Shown: positions 29,677 to 38,777 of the stretch, piece by piece
Layout of the letters: each line of letters starts with the position of its first letter
How positions within the stretch are numbered: position 1 is the stretch's first letter
Assembly: GCA_943788405.1 (NCBI GenBank)
Contig: CALSQD010000001.1
Span: 457,200 to 521,199 of the forward strand
From: an uncultured Flavobacteriales bacterium
GTDB taxonomy: Bacteria > Bacteroidota > Bacteroidia > Flavobacteriales > BACL11
Direction of reading: 5' to 3'
DNA: 64,000 nt
Program-made: the position numbers and the translations under genes
The notes under the pieces: generated by a model
Databases searched by the model: none
Seen by the model: only the letters and a program-made list of their open reading frames with translations
Told to the model about the DNA's origin: nothing

Positions 29677-31110
29677 CTAATTGTTTTTTATAAAGTGATA
29701 TAATAATCGTACTCCCATTCCAGTAGCACCTTTACCTCTGTAACCATATTTTGCTTTGGTGTATGATGGGCCTGCAATATCCAAATGAATCCAAGGGAAA
29801 TCAGCAAAATGAGCTAGGAATTTTCCTGCAGTAATTGCTCCAGCATGAGGTCCTCCTAAGTTTTTAATATCTGCAACATCTGATTTTATAAGCTCATCAT
29901 AATCCGACCAGAAAGGCATCTCGGCTAATCGCTCATGAGTATTTGCTCCTGTTTCTTTTAACTGAGCATGTTCTTTTATTGCATTTTCATGCATACTTAC
30001 AATACCATAATGCCCAATAGCCGCTACAGCTGCACCCGTTAAAGTAGCCAAATCAATTACTAATTCAGGATTGTATTTTTTTGCGAAACTAAGTGCATCA
30101 GCTAGTACTAACCTTCCTTCAGCATCAGTATTTAATACCTCAACAGTTGTGCCATCATGCATAGTAATTACATCCCCAGGAGCATAAGCATTACCTGAAG
30201 GGCGATTATCAGTTGCAGGAATTAAAGCAATAACATGTTTATCTAATTTATTAGCAGAAATAGCATTCATTGCACCAATTACTGTACCCGCACCACCCAT
30301 GTCCGTTTTCATTAAATCCATAGAGTTGGCAGTTGGTTTTAAGCTTAAACCACCGGTATCATACACAATACCTTTTCCTACTAAAATGATAGGTTGCTTG
30401 TTGGTTGCATTTTTTGGATTCCATTCCATAATTGTGAATGTTGGCTCGTCAATAGACCCTTTATTTACTGCTAAAAGGCCTCCCATTTTTAAAGATTCTA
30501 TCTTCTTTTTATTGAAAACAGTAACTTTCATTCCATGTTCTTTTCCTGATTGTACAGCTGATTCTGCTAGTTCCTTTGCTGTAAGGTGTGAGAATGGTTC
30601 GTTAATTAAATCCCTAGTAAGATAAACTGAATCAACAGTGTTTTCTAGTTCTGCAACATCCTCCTTAATCTCATCATGATTTGATAAGTAGATATTTTCT
30701 AACTTATTTGGTTTTGGGTCGGTTTTGTGCTTTATGAAAGTATAATTAGCTAATGCTAACCCTTCAATAAGTAATAATGCTTTTTCTTTATCTTCAATAG
30801 TAAAAAGAACATGAACAGTAGTTTCGTCCTTTACTAATGCTTGTAATTTATCTCCAAGCAATCTGATGTCTTCAGCAGCTTTGTTTTTATCTTTTTCATC
30901 CTTAATATTAACTACATGAACAAAACGCCCCAATTGATTAATACTTACAATAGCTTTGTCATTTTCAATTTGTTTTTGGACATATTCTAACTCATCTTCA
31001 TCAAGAAACAATGCACTTGAAGTTGATTCTGTACTATGAAAAAGAATTACATTTTCTTGGGAAATTGCCTCTTCATTTTTTGTTGGATTGATTTTGATTG
31101 TAGTCTTCAT
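29677..31110 (-). CDS. pepA: Leucyl aminopeptidase (M17)
   Basis: NTDAEGRLVLAD signature and VGKGIVYDTGG. Start set at MKTTIKINP, with a tagttttg -7 box 23 nt upstream. The ORF-track start at 31134 is a GTG inside that box. Confidence 0.9.
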   Translation of the reverse strand: MKTTIKINPTKNEEAISQENVILFHSTESTSSALFLDEDELEYVQKQIENDKAIVSINQLGRFVHVVNIKDEKDKNKAAEDIRLLGDKLQALVKDETTVHVLFTIEDKEKALLLIEGLALANYTFIKHKTDPKPNKLENIYLSNHDEIKEDVAELENTVDSVYLTRDLINEPFSHLTAKELAESAVQSGKEHGMKVTVFNKKKIESLKMGGLLAVNKGSIDEPTFTIMEWNPKNATNKQPIILVGKGIVYDTGGLSLKPTANSMDLMKTDMGGAGTVIGAMNAISANKLDKHVIALIPATDNRPSGNAYAPGDVITMHDGTTVEVLNTDAEGRLVLADALSFAKKYNPELVIDLATLTGAAVAAIGHYGIVSMHENAIKEHAQLKETGANTHERLAEMPFWSDYDELIKSDVADIKNLGGPHAGAITAGKFLAHFADFPWIHLDIAGPSYTKAKYGYRGKGATGMGVRLLYHFIKNN

Positions 31111-31133
31111 AATATTGTGTAATTTTGAACGCA

Positions 31134-31141
31134 CAAAACTA
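31134..31141 (-). promoter_or_regulatory. -7 box TAnnTTTG (tagttttg), 23 nt upstream of the pepA ATG at 31110
   Basis: Exact consensus match on the minus strand. Confidence 0.45.
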
Positions 31142-31150
31142 AGTAATTTT

Positions 31151-32272
31151 ATGGATAGTAAGCTATTGCTTGAAAGGGCATTGAAAAAAGAATTTTTATC
31201 AGCAGAGGAAGGTCAGTTTTTATATGAAAATGTACCTACTGCTGATTTGATGTGGACAGCAAATGAACTAAGGCAAATGCAAGTGCCTGGCAATGTAGTT
31301 ACTTGGCAGATTGACCGCAATGTAAACACGACTAATGCCTGTACTGCAAACTGTAAGTTCTGTAATTTTTTCCGTCATCCTAAGCATGAAGAAGTTTATG
31401 TAACTGACCTTGAAACTTACAAAACAAAAATTGAAGAAACTATAAAATATGGTGGGGATCAGTTGTTGTTGCAAGGTGGGCATCACCCTGGGTTAGGATT
31501 GGATTATTACACGAAATTATTTACTGACTTAAAGGCACTTTATCCGAATATAAAATTGCACGCTTTAGGACCGCCAGAAGTTGCACATATCTGTAAAATA
31601 GGTGGGCATACGCACAAACATGCGCTTACTGAATTGAAAGCAGCAGGAATGGATAGTATGCCAGGAGCTGGAGCAGAAATTTTAAGCGATAGAGTAAGAA
31701 GGCTTATATCCAAAGGAAAATGTACTGGGCAAGAGTGGTTGGATGTAATGAAAGTAGCCCATAAAGTAGGATTAACCACATCAGCAACTATGATGTTTGG
31801 GCATATAGAAACGATAGAAGAACGCTTTGATCATTTAGTAAGAATAAGAGAAGTACAAGCGCAAAAACCTGAAGGAGAAAATGGATTTTTAGCCTTTATT
31901 TCTTGGCCATTTATGGATGATGGCACACTCCTGCAAAGGGTGAAAGGAATAAACAATAATACCTCAGCTGATGAGTATATGCGTATGGTGGCTATAAGTA
32001 GAATAATGCTACCGAATATTATAAATATTCAAACTTCATGGCTTACGGTTGGTGCAGATACAGCACAACTTACTTTGCATGGAGGAGCAAACGATATGGG
32101 TTCAATTATGATTGAGGAAAATGTAGTTTCAGCAGCAGGTGCGCCACATAGGTTTACAGCTGAAAGTATACAAAACTGCATAAAGGAAGCAGGGTTTGAG
32201 CCTAGGCTAAGAACACAGCATTATGTGGAAAGAGAAATGCCAGAAATGGAAGAGCAGGTGATTGACTACTAG
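31151..32272 (+). CDS. Radical-SAM menaquinone (futalosine pathway) enzyme, MqnC/MqnE (CofH-like) family
   Basis: CTANCKFCNF (CxxxCxxC), LLLQGGHHP and MMFGHIET. Start set at MDSKLLLE (31151); the upstream extension is hydrophobic junk overlapping pepA. Confidence 0.8.
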   Translation: MDSKLLLERALKKEFLSAEEGQFLYENVPTADLMWTANELRQMQVPGNVVTWQIDRNVNTTNACTANCKFCNFFRHPKHEEVYVTDLETYKTKIEETIKYGGDQLLLQGGHHPGLGLDYYTKLFTDLKALYPNIKLHALGPPEVAHICKIGGHTHKHALTELKAAGMDSMPGAGAEILSDRVRRLISKGKCTGQEWLDVMKVAHKVGLTTSATMMFGHIETIEERFDHLVRIREVQAQKPEGENGFLAFISWPFMDDGTLLQRVKGINNNTSADEYMRMVAISRIMLPNIINIQTSWLTVGADTAQLTLHGGANDMGSIMIEENVVSAAGAPHRFTAESIQNCIKEAGFEPRLRTQHYVEREMPEMEEQVIDY

Positions 32273-32384
32273 GGAAAAGAAAGTGATTAGTTTTTAGTGA
32301 CGAGTAAAATAGGGAGGGGCAATAAATAGTACAAGAACTAGTAACTAGTGACTTATAACTAGTGGCTTTAAAAAAACAACAAAT

Positions 32385-32972
32385 ATGTTTACAGGAATAA
32401 TTGAAGAAATAGCAGAGGTTATTGCCCTTAAAAATGAGGGGAGTAATTTGCATATTTCATGTAGGGCTAGTTTTACTGATGAGTTAAAAATTGACCAAAG
32501 TGTAGCCCATAATGGTGTATGCCTTACAGTAGTGGATATACAAGAGGATGTATATACTATTACCGCTATAAAGGAAACGCTAGACAAAACAAACTTAGGA
32601 AAATTACTGGTAGGCGACAAGGTAAATATAGAAAGGTGTATGCTGCTGGGAGCTAGGGTTGATGGACACATGGTGCAAGGGCATGTGGACCAAACTGCAG
32701 TGTGTACTTCAGTAAAAGAAGAAGGAGGTTCCCATGTGTTTTCGTTTAAGCATAAACTAAGCGATAACATGACGGTAGAGAAAGGATCAGTTTGTGTGAA
32801 TGGGGTAAGCCTTACGGTTGTAAACTCAGGAGATACTACTTTTTCGGTGGCTATAATACCTTATACTTATGCCCATACTAACTTTCATACTTTTAAAGAG
32901 GGTACAGTAGTGAACATAGAATATGATATACTAGGAAAGTATATTTCAAAACTATTTTTAAAAAATATATAA
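32385..32972 (+). CDS. ribE: Riboflavin synthase
   Basis: Begins MFTGIIEE, with two lumazine-binding repeats (GVCLTV and NGVSLTV). Confidence 0.95.
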   Translation: MFTGIIEEIAEVIALKNEGSNLHISCRASFTDELKIDQSVAHNGVCLTVVDIQEDVYTITAIKETLDKTNLGKLLVGDKVNIERCMLLGARVDGHMVQGHVDQTAVCTSVKEEGGSHVFSFKHKLSDNMTVEKGSVCVNGVSLTVVNSGDTTFSVAIIPYTYAHTNFHTFKEGTVVNIEYDILGKYISKLFLKNI

Positions 32973-32982
32973 ACAGATAAAA

Positions 32983-33882
32983 ATGAAACCAACATTATTA
33001 ATTTTAGCAGCAGGAATGGGAAGCCGATATGGTGGATTAAAACAAATAGATGGGATAGGCCCAAATGAAGAGCCAATTATTGAATATTCAATATATGATG
33101 CCATCAATTCAGGATTTGGGAAGATAGTATTTGTTATCAGAAGAGAATTTGATGAAGCTTTTCGCTCACGCTTTGATAAATTTGCCGATAAAATTGCAAT
33201 TGAATATGTATACCAAGAAGTAAACCTAAATGTGCCAGGAATTACTACTATTGAGCGTACAAAACCTTGGGGAACATCACATGCTGTACTAGTAGCAAAG
33301 GATGTGATAAATGAACCTTTTGCTGTAATTAATGCTGATGATTATTATGGTGCTGGATCGTTCCAATTAATTGCTGATTTCTTAACGAATGATTGTTCGC
33401 CATCATTAATGGCAATGGTGGGTTATACTCTGCATAATACTTTATCCGAACATGGTACGGTAAATAGAGGAGTGTGCCAAGTAGATGATAAAAACAACCT
33501 TGTTGAGGTGATTGAGCGTACAAAAATTGCTGAACAAAATGGAGTGGTAAACTATAATGTAGGTGCAGATGAGCCACTAGGAACGGTAGATAAAAATGTG
33601 CCAGTTTCAATGAACTATTGGGGTTTCCATCCTTCTATTTTTGATGAGATAGAAAAAGGATTGCATGACTTTATGAGGGCTAACCCTGATAACCCAACTG
33701 CTGAATATTATATTCCTAATATTGTTACGGACATGATAGTAGGGGAGCAAATGGCTGTGCGTGTAATTCCTACTGATGATAATTGGTTTGGAGTAACTTA
33801 CAAAGAGGATAAGCCAATGGCAGTTGCTGCAATTACAAAGTGTATTGCTGATGGGGTGTACCCAACAAAACTTTGGAGCTAG
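32983..33882 (+). CDS. Sugar-phosphate nucleotidyltransferase family protein
   Basis: N-terminal LILAAGMGSRYGGLKQ (NTP-transferase G-loop) and an INADDYYG motif. Confidence 0.75.
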   Translation: MKPTLLILAAGMGSRYGGLKQIDGIGPNEEPIIEYSIYDAINSGFGKIVFVIRREFDEAFRSRFDKFADKIAIEYVYQEVNLNVPGITTIERTKPWGTSHAVLVAKDVINEPFAVINADDYYGAGSFQLIADFLTNDCSPSLMAMVGYTLHNTLSEHGTVNRGVCQVDDKNNLVEVIERTKIAEQNGVVNYNVGADEPLGTVDKNVPVSMNYWGFHPSIFDEIEKGLHDFMRANPDNPTAEYYIPNIVTDMIVGEQMAVRVIPTDDNWFGVTYKEDKPMAVAAITKCIADGVYPTKLWS

Positions 33883-34892
33883 TTCAAATAAATAAAATTG
33901 TAAAACAGTTTTTTCCTAATGAGGAAGTAATTGCTTTTAGCGTAAATGATAAGGGTCTGATTAATCAGACCTTTGTTGTTTCTATTGGAAAGATAAATAC
34001 AAAACAATTTATCCTTCAATCCATAAACACGGCTATTTTTCCGCTTTATGAAAAGGGATTGGAGAATACTATTTTAGTAAAAAATGAATTGCAGAAACAG
34101 GGCTTTTCATTTTCTTTTCCTACTCCAATTGATGATAAATATATTTGTGTTGATGAGGTAGTATGGCGTATGTTCCCTTATGTAAAGGATAGTATTTGTT
34201 ATGAAAAAGTAAAAGATAAAGCACAGGCTTTTGAAGCTGCAAAATGCTTAGGAGAATTTTATTATTCCCTCAAGGATTTTGATGCAAAACAACTGTATGT
34301 TACTTTGCCTAAATTCCATAATGCTGCTTTTCGTTTTGCTGAGCTTAACAAAGCGATACAAACAGCAGCTCCTAGCCGGTTGAATACTGCAAAGCAGCTT
34401 ATTGCTGCAATAAACAAGGAACAAGATGTACTGCATAAATTTGATGAACTCAATGCTGAATTACCTAAAAGAGCAGTTCATTTTGATGCGAAAATCAGTA
34501 ATTTTTTATTTGATAAAAAAACTAATAAAGCAAAGGCAATTATTGATTTAGATACTTTAATGCCAGGCACTGTGCTTTCAGATATTGGTGATATGATAAG
34601 GACTTATAGTAATATTTTGGGTGAGGAATACCAAGCGATAACTTTAGTAAAAGCAGATACAGAAATAATAGAACATATTATTGCTGGCTTTTTAGCTACT
34701 TGTGGTAACACCTTAAGTGCAGCCGAAAAAGATAGTTTAGTGTTTTCAGGAAAGGCTTTAAGCCTTATTCAGTGTATCCGATTTTTAACAGATTACCTAA
34801 ATAATGATAGTTATTTTAAAACAGTATATCCTGATCAAAATTGGGTGCGCACTCAAAACCAATGGGCTTTGTATTGCTCACTTAAAGGCTAG
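33873..34892 (+). CDS. APH-fold phosphotransferase (anomeric sugar kinase-like, NahK/AmgK-like)
   Basis: Brenner-type catalytic motif VHFDAKISNFLFD and IDLDTLMPG. TTG start overlaps the upstream gene by 10 nt. Confidence 0.65.
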   Translation: MELVQINKIVKQFFPNEEVIAFSVNDKGLINQTFVVSIGKINTKQFILQSINTAIFPLYEKGLENTILVKNELQKQGFSFSFPTPIDDKYICVDEVVWRMFPYVKDSICYEKVKDKAQAFEAAKCLGEFYYSLKDFDAKQLYVTLPKFHNAAFRFAELNKAIQTAAPSRLNTAKQLIAAINKEQDVLHKFDELNAELPKRAVHFDAKISNFLFDKKTNKAKAIIDLDTLMPGTVLSDIGDMIRTYSNILGEEYQAITLVKADTEIIEHIIAGFLATCGNTLSAAEKDSLVFSGKALSLIQCIRFLTDYLNNDSYFKTVYPDQNWVRTQNQWALYCSLKG

Positions 34893-34894
34893 TT

Positions 34895-35917
34895 TTAAAG
34901 CTTAATTTCTGGAGGGCATTCTTTGGTAAGAAAACGGTAGTTTATTCCAAATGTAAATTGCTGTTGAGAAGCAAACTGTACACCATTTAGGTTTTGGTAC
35001 AATGGAATTTCATAACTAGCAAAAATTGTAAAGTTGTTTTGAGAATAACTTATTTGTGGAATGAAAAATAATTTTTTTCCACCTGTTGCGTTTTGTTTTT
35101 CAAGAAAATTTGGCAAACCAAAGTATTGATCACTAACAATTAAGTCAATTAATTTAGATTGTTTTGCTTGTAATTGACCAACATTTTCTCCTTTTATTTG
35201 GGAGGTTAGTCCCCATTTTCTAAAAAATGTTTTACTAGCAAATACGGATAAACTTGTATAGTCCCCAAACTTCTCATCTAAAGAATTGTACCCCTTTTTT
35301 ATGTAAAGTGAATTTGCAAAAACACGGAACTTTTGTTTTTTATATTGCCTAAAAAAGAAAGAATAAAACATTAGGTCAGTACCACCAGTAGAAAGCTGAA
35401 TAGTTGGTGGTATTAAGTCCCAAACACCTGGTACTGTTTCGGTAGTATCGGTATGAGAACCAATAGGTAATTTACCCCTAATCCTAAAGTAACTTCTGTA
35501 CGGATGTTTCCATTTGTTTCATTGTAAATGTCATATCTTGGAAAGATAATTATATCCCCCATTCCTGAAGTAGTAGCGCTAGAATCTTCTCCTTTTAGGC
35601 TCAATGATTTATTTAAATGATATCCTGTAGCTAAAGATAGGGTTAGCTTTTTATTAATCCCATAATCAGTCATTAAAAATAGGTATTCACTACTGAACTG
35701 ATCATATAACCCTTCTTGTGCAATTTCTTCTGATCCTTTAAAAATGTGCCTGAAGTATTATTTTGATAGTTTAAGGAAACTTCCATTTGATATTGTTGCA
35801 AATCTCCAGTTGCACGACCTCCTGCTATAGGATTGCTCCCTCCCCCCGAACAACAGCCTTGTGCAAAGACAATATTTTGAAACAGTAAGATACCTCAAAC
35901 CAATACATTAAACGCAT
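34895..35917 (-). pseudogene. Disrupted gene for an outer-membrane beta-barrel/transporter-like protein with N-terminal AQGCCSGGGSNP motif
   Basis: The reading frame changes at least three times (near 35737-35746, near 35466-35478, and just after the candidate ATG at 35915-35917). There is an in-frame TGA (35895-35897) inside the predicted signal peptide. The fragments at 35413..35673 and 34895..35371 join into one sensible protein when the frames are spliced (…GLGVK-LPIGSHTDT…). Confidence 0.75.
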
Positions 35918-35918
35918 A

Positions 35919-36680
35919 TTAGTTATTTAGGGTAAATTTAAGACTTGTTGTCTTTGCATCAGTACTCATTCTTAAAAAATAAATTCCTTTAGTTAAACTG
36001 CTTACATCAATTGTAAAGTTTTGAGTGTTATTTGTATTTTGAATTAACACCTTTTCACCTAGCATATTTATTACTTCAAACTGAACAGGGGACTGTGAAG
36101 TGTATTTAATATTAACTAATCCAGTTGTAGGGTTAGGGTATGCCTTTAGTTGTAAATCACTTGTATATTCATTTAGCCCAGTTGCAGATGTAAGTGCAAG
36201 TGTTATTGCATCTTCTACACCAATTTGAGTGATTTTATTATCATTTTTGTTATAATAAATAGTGTGAGAATTTTTACCTAAAACAACTACTTTTGGCATT
36301 CCTGCTGTTCCATAATCATTCATATCTAATAGTCCATCAGAAAAAACAGCATCAGTTGAAATATTATAATTGGATGCCCAACCTGATAAATAAGAGCAAG
36401 TAGAATTTGCATAGTCGTCAGCTAGATAATGTTTGACTCTACCTGGATGGCTTGTTGCAAAAGCTTGTACTGCATCAGCTGCATATCCTGCATAGGTAGC
36501 GCAAGGTGTACAAGGCATTACCCAAGTAACTACAATTACTTTTTCATTGTCCAATTCATCAAACAAAGTATGTGATGTTCCGTTACAATCATTAGTAGTA
36601 AAATCAGTTGCTGTAGTTTGTGCGTAAGCAAATCCTAAAGATGTTAGGATAGTAAGAAAAATAAGTAGTGTTTTTTTCAT
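35919..36680 (-). CDS. Secreted thioredoxin-fold (TlpA/redoxin-like) protein with CxxC motif and T9SS CTD
   Basis: Signal peptide. VIVVTWVMPCTPC (CTPC) and GMPKVVVL (cis-Pro loop-like). C-terminal YPNPTTGLVNIKY...GIYFLRM. Confidence 0.7.
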   Translation of the reverse strand: MKKTLLIFLTILTSLGFAYAQTTATDFTTNDCNGTSHTLFDELDNEKVIVVTWVMPCTPCATYAGYAADAVQAFATSHPGRVKHYLADDYANSTCSYLSGWASNYNISTDAVFSDGLLDMNDYGTAGMPKVVVLGKNSHTIYYNKNDNKITQIGVEDAITLALTSATGLNEYTSDLQLKAYPNPTTGLVNIKYTSQSPVQFEVINMLGEKVLIQNTNNTQNFTIDVSSLTKGIYFLRMSTDAKTTSLKFTLNN

Positions 36681-36688
36681 TTTATAAT

Positions 36689-37036
36689 TTATTGTTCTCT
36701 TTCGTATTTACAGCAGTAGTGTAGGTTGTTGTAGGCTACATCAGTTGCTTTGTATTTTTCAGTATCATAGCCAATGCTAGCTATTGTTTCCTGTATTTTA
36801 TCGGCATTTGTAAGCTCAGGATTAAATTTTACTTTCATTTTCCCATTTACAACATTCCATTTTGCAGTTTTTACTCCTTCAATACCTTTAGCTGAATCTT
36901 CAATTTTTGTTTTACACATTTCACAATTTCCTGAAACTTGGAAAGATGCTTTTTCCCATTTTGGTTTTTGAGCAAATGCAGTTAAGCAAATAAATGTAAG
37001 GCATATTATGCTTAGGGTTTTTATAAATTTTATCAT
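36689..37036 (-). CDS. Periplasmic heavy-metal-associated (HMA) domain protein
   Basis: Signal peptide from MIKFIKTLSIICL (start moved in from 37102). Contains GNCEMCKTKIE (CxxC) and a C-terminal HYCCKYE. Confidence 0.8.
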   Translation of the reverse strand: MIKFIKTLSIICLTFICLTAFAQKPKWEKASFQVSGNCEMCKTKIEDSAKGIEGVKTAKWNVVNGKMKVKFNPELTNADKIQETIASIGYDTEKYKATDVAYNNLHYCCKYEREQ

Positions 37037-37129
37037 GATTAAGATATTTGAAGCCAAAGATACTAAATATAATGCTCTAATTGAGATGTTAAAAAATAAC
37101 ATCTTTTTTATTCAATTGGTAAATCTTCT

Positions 37130-37137
37130 TACTTTTG
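37130..37137 (+). promoter_or_regulatory. -7 box TAnnTTTG (tacttttg), 4 nt before the purT ATG
   Basis: Exact consensus match. Confidence 0.45.
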
Positions 37138-37141
37138 TGGA

Positions 37142-38302
37142 ATGAGAAATAAGATACTATTGTTAGGTTCAGGTGAACTAGGGAAAGAAGTGGTAATTGC
37201 AATGCAAAGGTTGGGGCAATATGTAATTGCAGTGGACAATTATGAAAACGCACCTGCCATGCAAGTGGCACATGAGTGTGAAGTAATTAATATGTTAGAT
37301 GGTGCAGAGCTAGATAGAATTGTTGCCAAACATAAGCCTAATTTTATTGTTCCTGAAGTGGAAAGTATCCGAACTGAACGCTTTTATGAGTACGAAAAAC
37401 AAGGGTATACAGTAATTCCATCAGCAAAAGCAGCTAACTTTACCATGAACCGTAAAGCAATTCGTGATTTGGCAGCTATTGATTTAGAAGTAAAAACGGC
37501 TAAATATAAATATGCTACTTCCTATGAAGAACTTAAGGCAGGAGTTGCTTTTACAGGAATGCCTTGTGTGGTAAAACCTTTAATGTCAAGTTCAGGAAAA
37601 GGACAATCCGTTATTAAAACAGAAGCCGATATTGAAAAAGCTTGGAACTATGCTTTGGAAGGTTCAAGAGGAGATTTAATGGAAGTAATAGTTGAAGCAT
37701 TTATTGACTTTGACTATGAAATAACGCTTTTAACACTTACCCAAAATAATGGAAAAACACTTTTTTGTCCGCCAATAGGGCATAGGCAAGAAAGAGGAGA
37801 TTATCAAGAGAGTTGGCAGCCTATGGCTATGGATGATGCACATTTAAAAACTGCACAACAAATGGCTGATGAAGTAACAAAAGCATTGGGTGGTAGCGGA
37901 ATTTGGGGAGTAGAATTCTTTATAGGAAAAGAGGGAGTTTATTTTTCTGAACTCTCACCAAGACCACATGATACTGGAATGGTAACTTTGGCTGGAACAC
38001 AAAATTTCACAGAATTTGAATTGCATGCTCGTGCTATTTTAGGAATTCCTGTTTTGGATATTCCATTGGTTAGAAATGGAGCTTCTGCAGTGGTACTTGC
38101 CAATAAAGAAAATAATAATTGGCCTACTTTTACTGGGTTATCTGAGGCAGTAGCATTCCCAAATACTGATTTTAAAATTTTTGGAAAACCAACTACTCGC
38201 CCGTACAGAAGAATGGCAGTTGGTTTAGCACATGGTAAGGAAAGTACTACTGAATTAGTAGAAAAAGCAAAAGAGGTTGCTGCTAAAATAAAGGTTAGTT
38301 AA
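37142..38302 (+). CDS. purT: Formate-dependent phosphoribosylglycinamide formyltransferase (GAR transformylase 2)
   Basis: 386 aa ATP-grasp protein with [10 protein letters not shown], a SSSGKGQS P-loop and [10 protein letters not shown]. Confidence 0.9.
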   Translation: MRNKILLLGSGELGKEVVIAMQRLGQYVIAVDNYENAPAMQVAHECEVINMLDGAELDRIVAKHKPNFIVPEVESIRTERFYEYEKQGYTVIPSAKAANFTMNRKAIRDLAAIDLEVKTAKYKYATSYEELKAGVAFTGMPCVVKPLMSSSGKGQSVIKTEADIEKAWNYALEGSRGDLMEVIVEAFIDFDYEITLLTLTQNNGKTLFCPPIGHRQERGDYQESWQPMAMDDAHLKTAQQMADEVTKALGGSGIWGVEFFIGKEGVYFSELSPRPHDTGMVTLAGTQNFTEFELHARAILGIPVLDIPLVRNGASAVVLANKENNNWPTFTGLSEAVAFPNTDFKIFGKPTTRPYRRMAVGLAHGKESTTELVEKAKEVAAKIKVS

Positions 38303-38612
38303 TTATAACATATTTAGAATCATTTCCTTCACTAATGTATCCACTTGAATCATAACTTTTTATGTTTCCGTTACTTTGGATTATATAATATTCTTCATTC
38401 TTATTCTTTAGATGGTATTTATCTCCTTCTTTATATAATCGTTTGATAGTCTCTCCCTTTGTCTTCATAACTTCAAAATAGTCATTATCCCTTTGGTAGA
38501 TTTCAATTATGTAAAGTGTCTCATTATATTTCCATCCTTTTAAAGTTGATACAATTTTCCATTTCCCAATTACTTGAGATTCTTCCTTCAGTATCTCATA
38601 TTCGGACTTCAC
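38295..38612 (-). CDS. Small hypothetical protein; probably the C-terminal part of a 146-aa membrane-anchored protein split by a homopolymer frameshift
   Basis: The ORF begins at a GVG-class (GTG) codon just after a T7 run (38617-38623). An upstream ORF from ATGATG (38736) encodes the signal anchor MMKKILKWFIIFPVCIGLVV and stops at 38597-38599, 13 nt inside the GTG ORF. Removing one A/T fuses the two. Confidence 0.5.
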   Translation of the reverse strand: MKSEYEILKEESQVIGKWKIVSTLKGWKYNETLYIIEIYQRDNDYFEVMKTKGETIKRLYKEGDKYHLKNKNEEYYIIQSNGNIKSYDSSGYISEGNDSKYVIIN

Positions 38613-38777
38613 TTCCTTTTTTTGTTTCTACCTGTACCTCATCTTCTTTAATAACTTCTTTATCATTAAATAAGGAAACTACCAACCCAATACACACAGG
38701 GAAAATTATAAACCATTTTAGTATTTTTTTCATCATCTTCTTTATTTTTTTCAAATATAGTTATTCTTACTTGCTAA

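Noticed and set aside
37084-37109. Terminator-like hairpin (agatgtt-aaaaaat-aacatct plus a T-run) on the plus strand upstream of the purT promoter.
   Set aside because: There is no plus-strand gene upstream for it to terminate. It may lie in the 5' UTR of the minus-strand HMA gene or may insulate purT. Its function cannot be decided from sequence alone.
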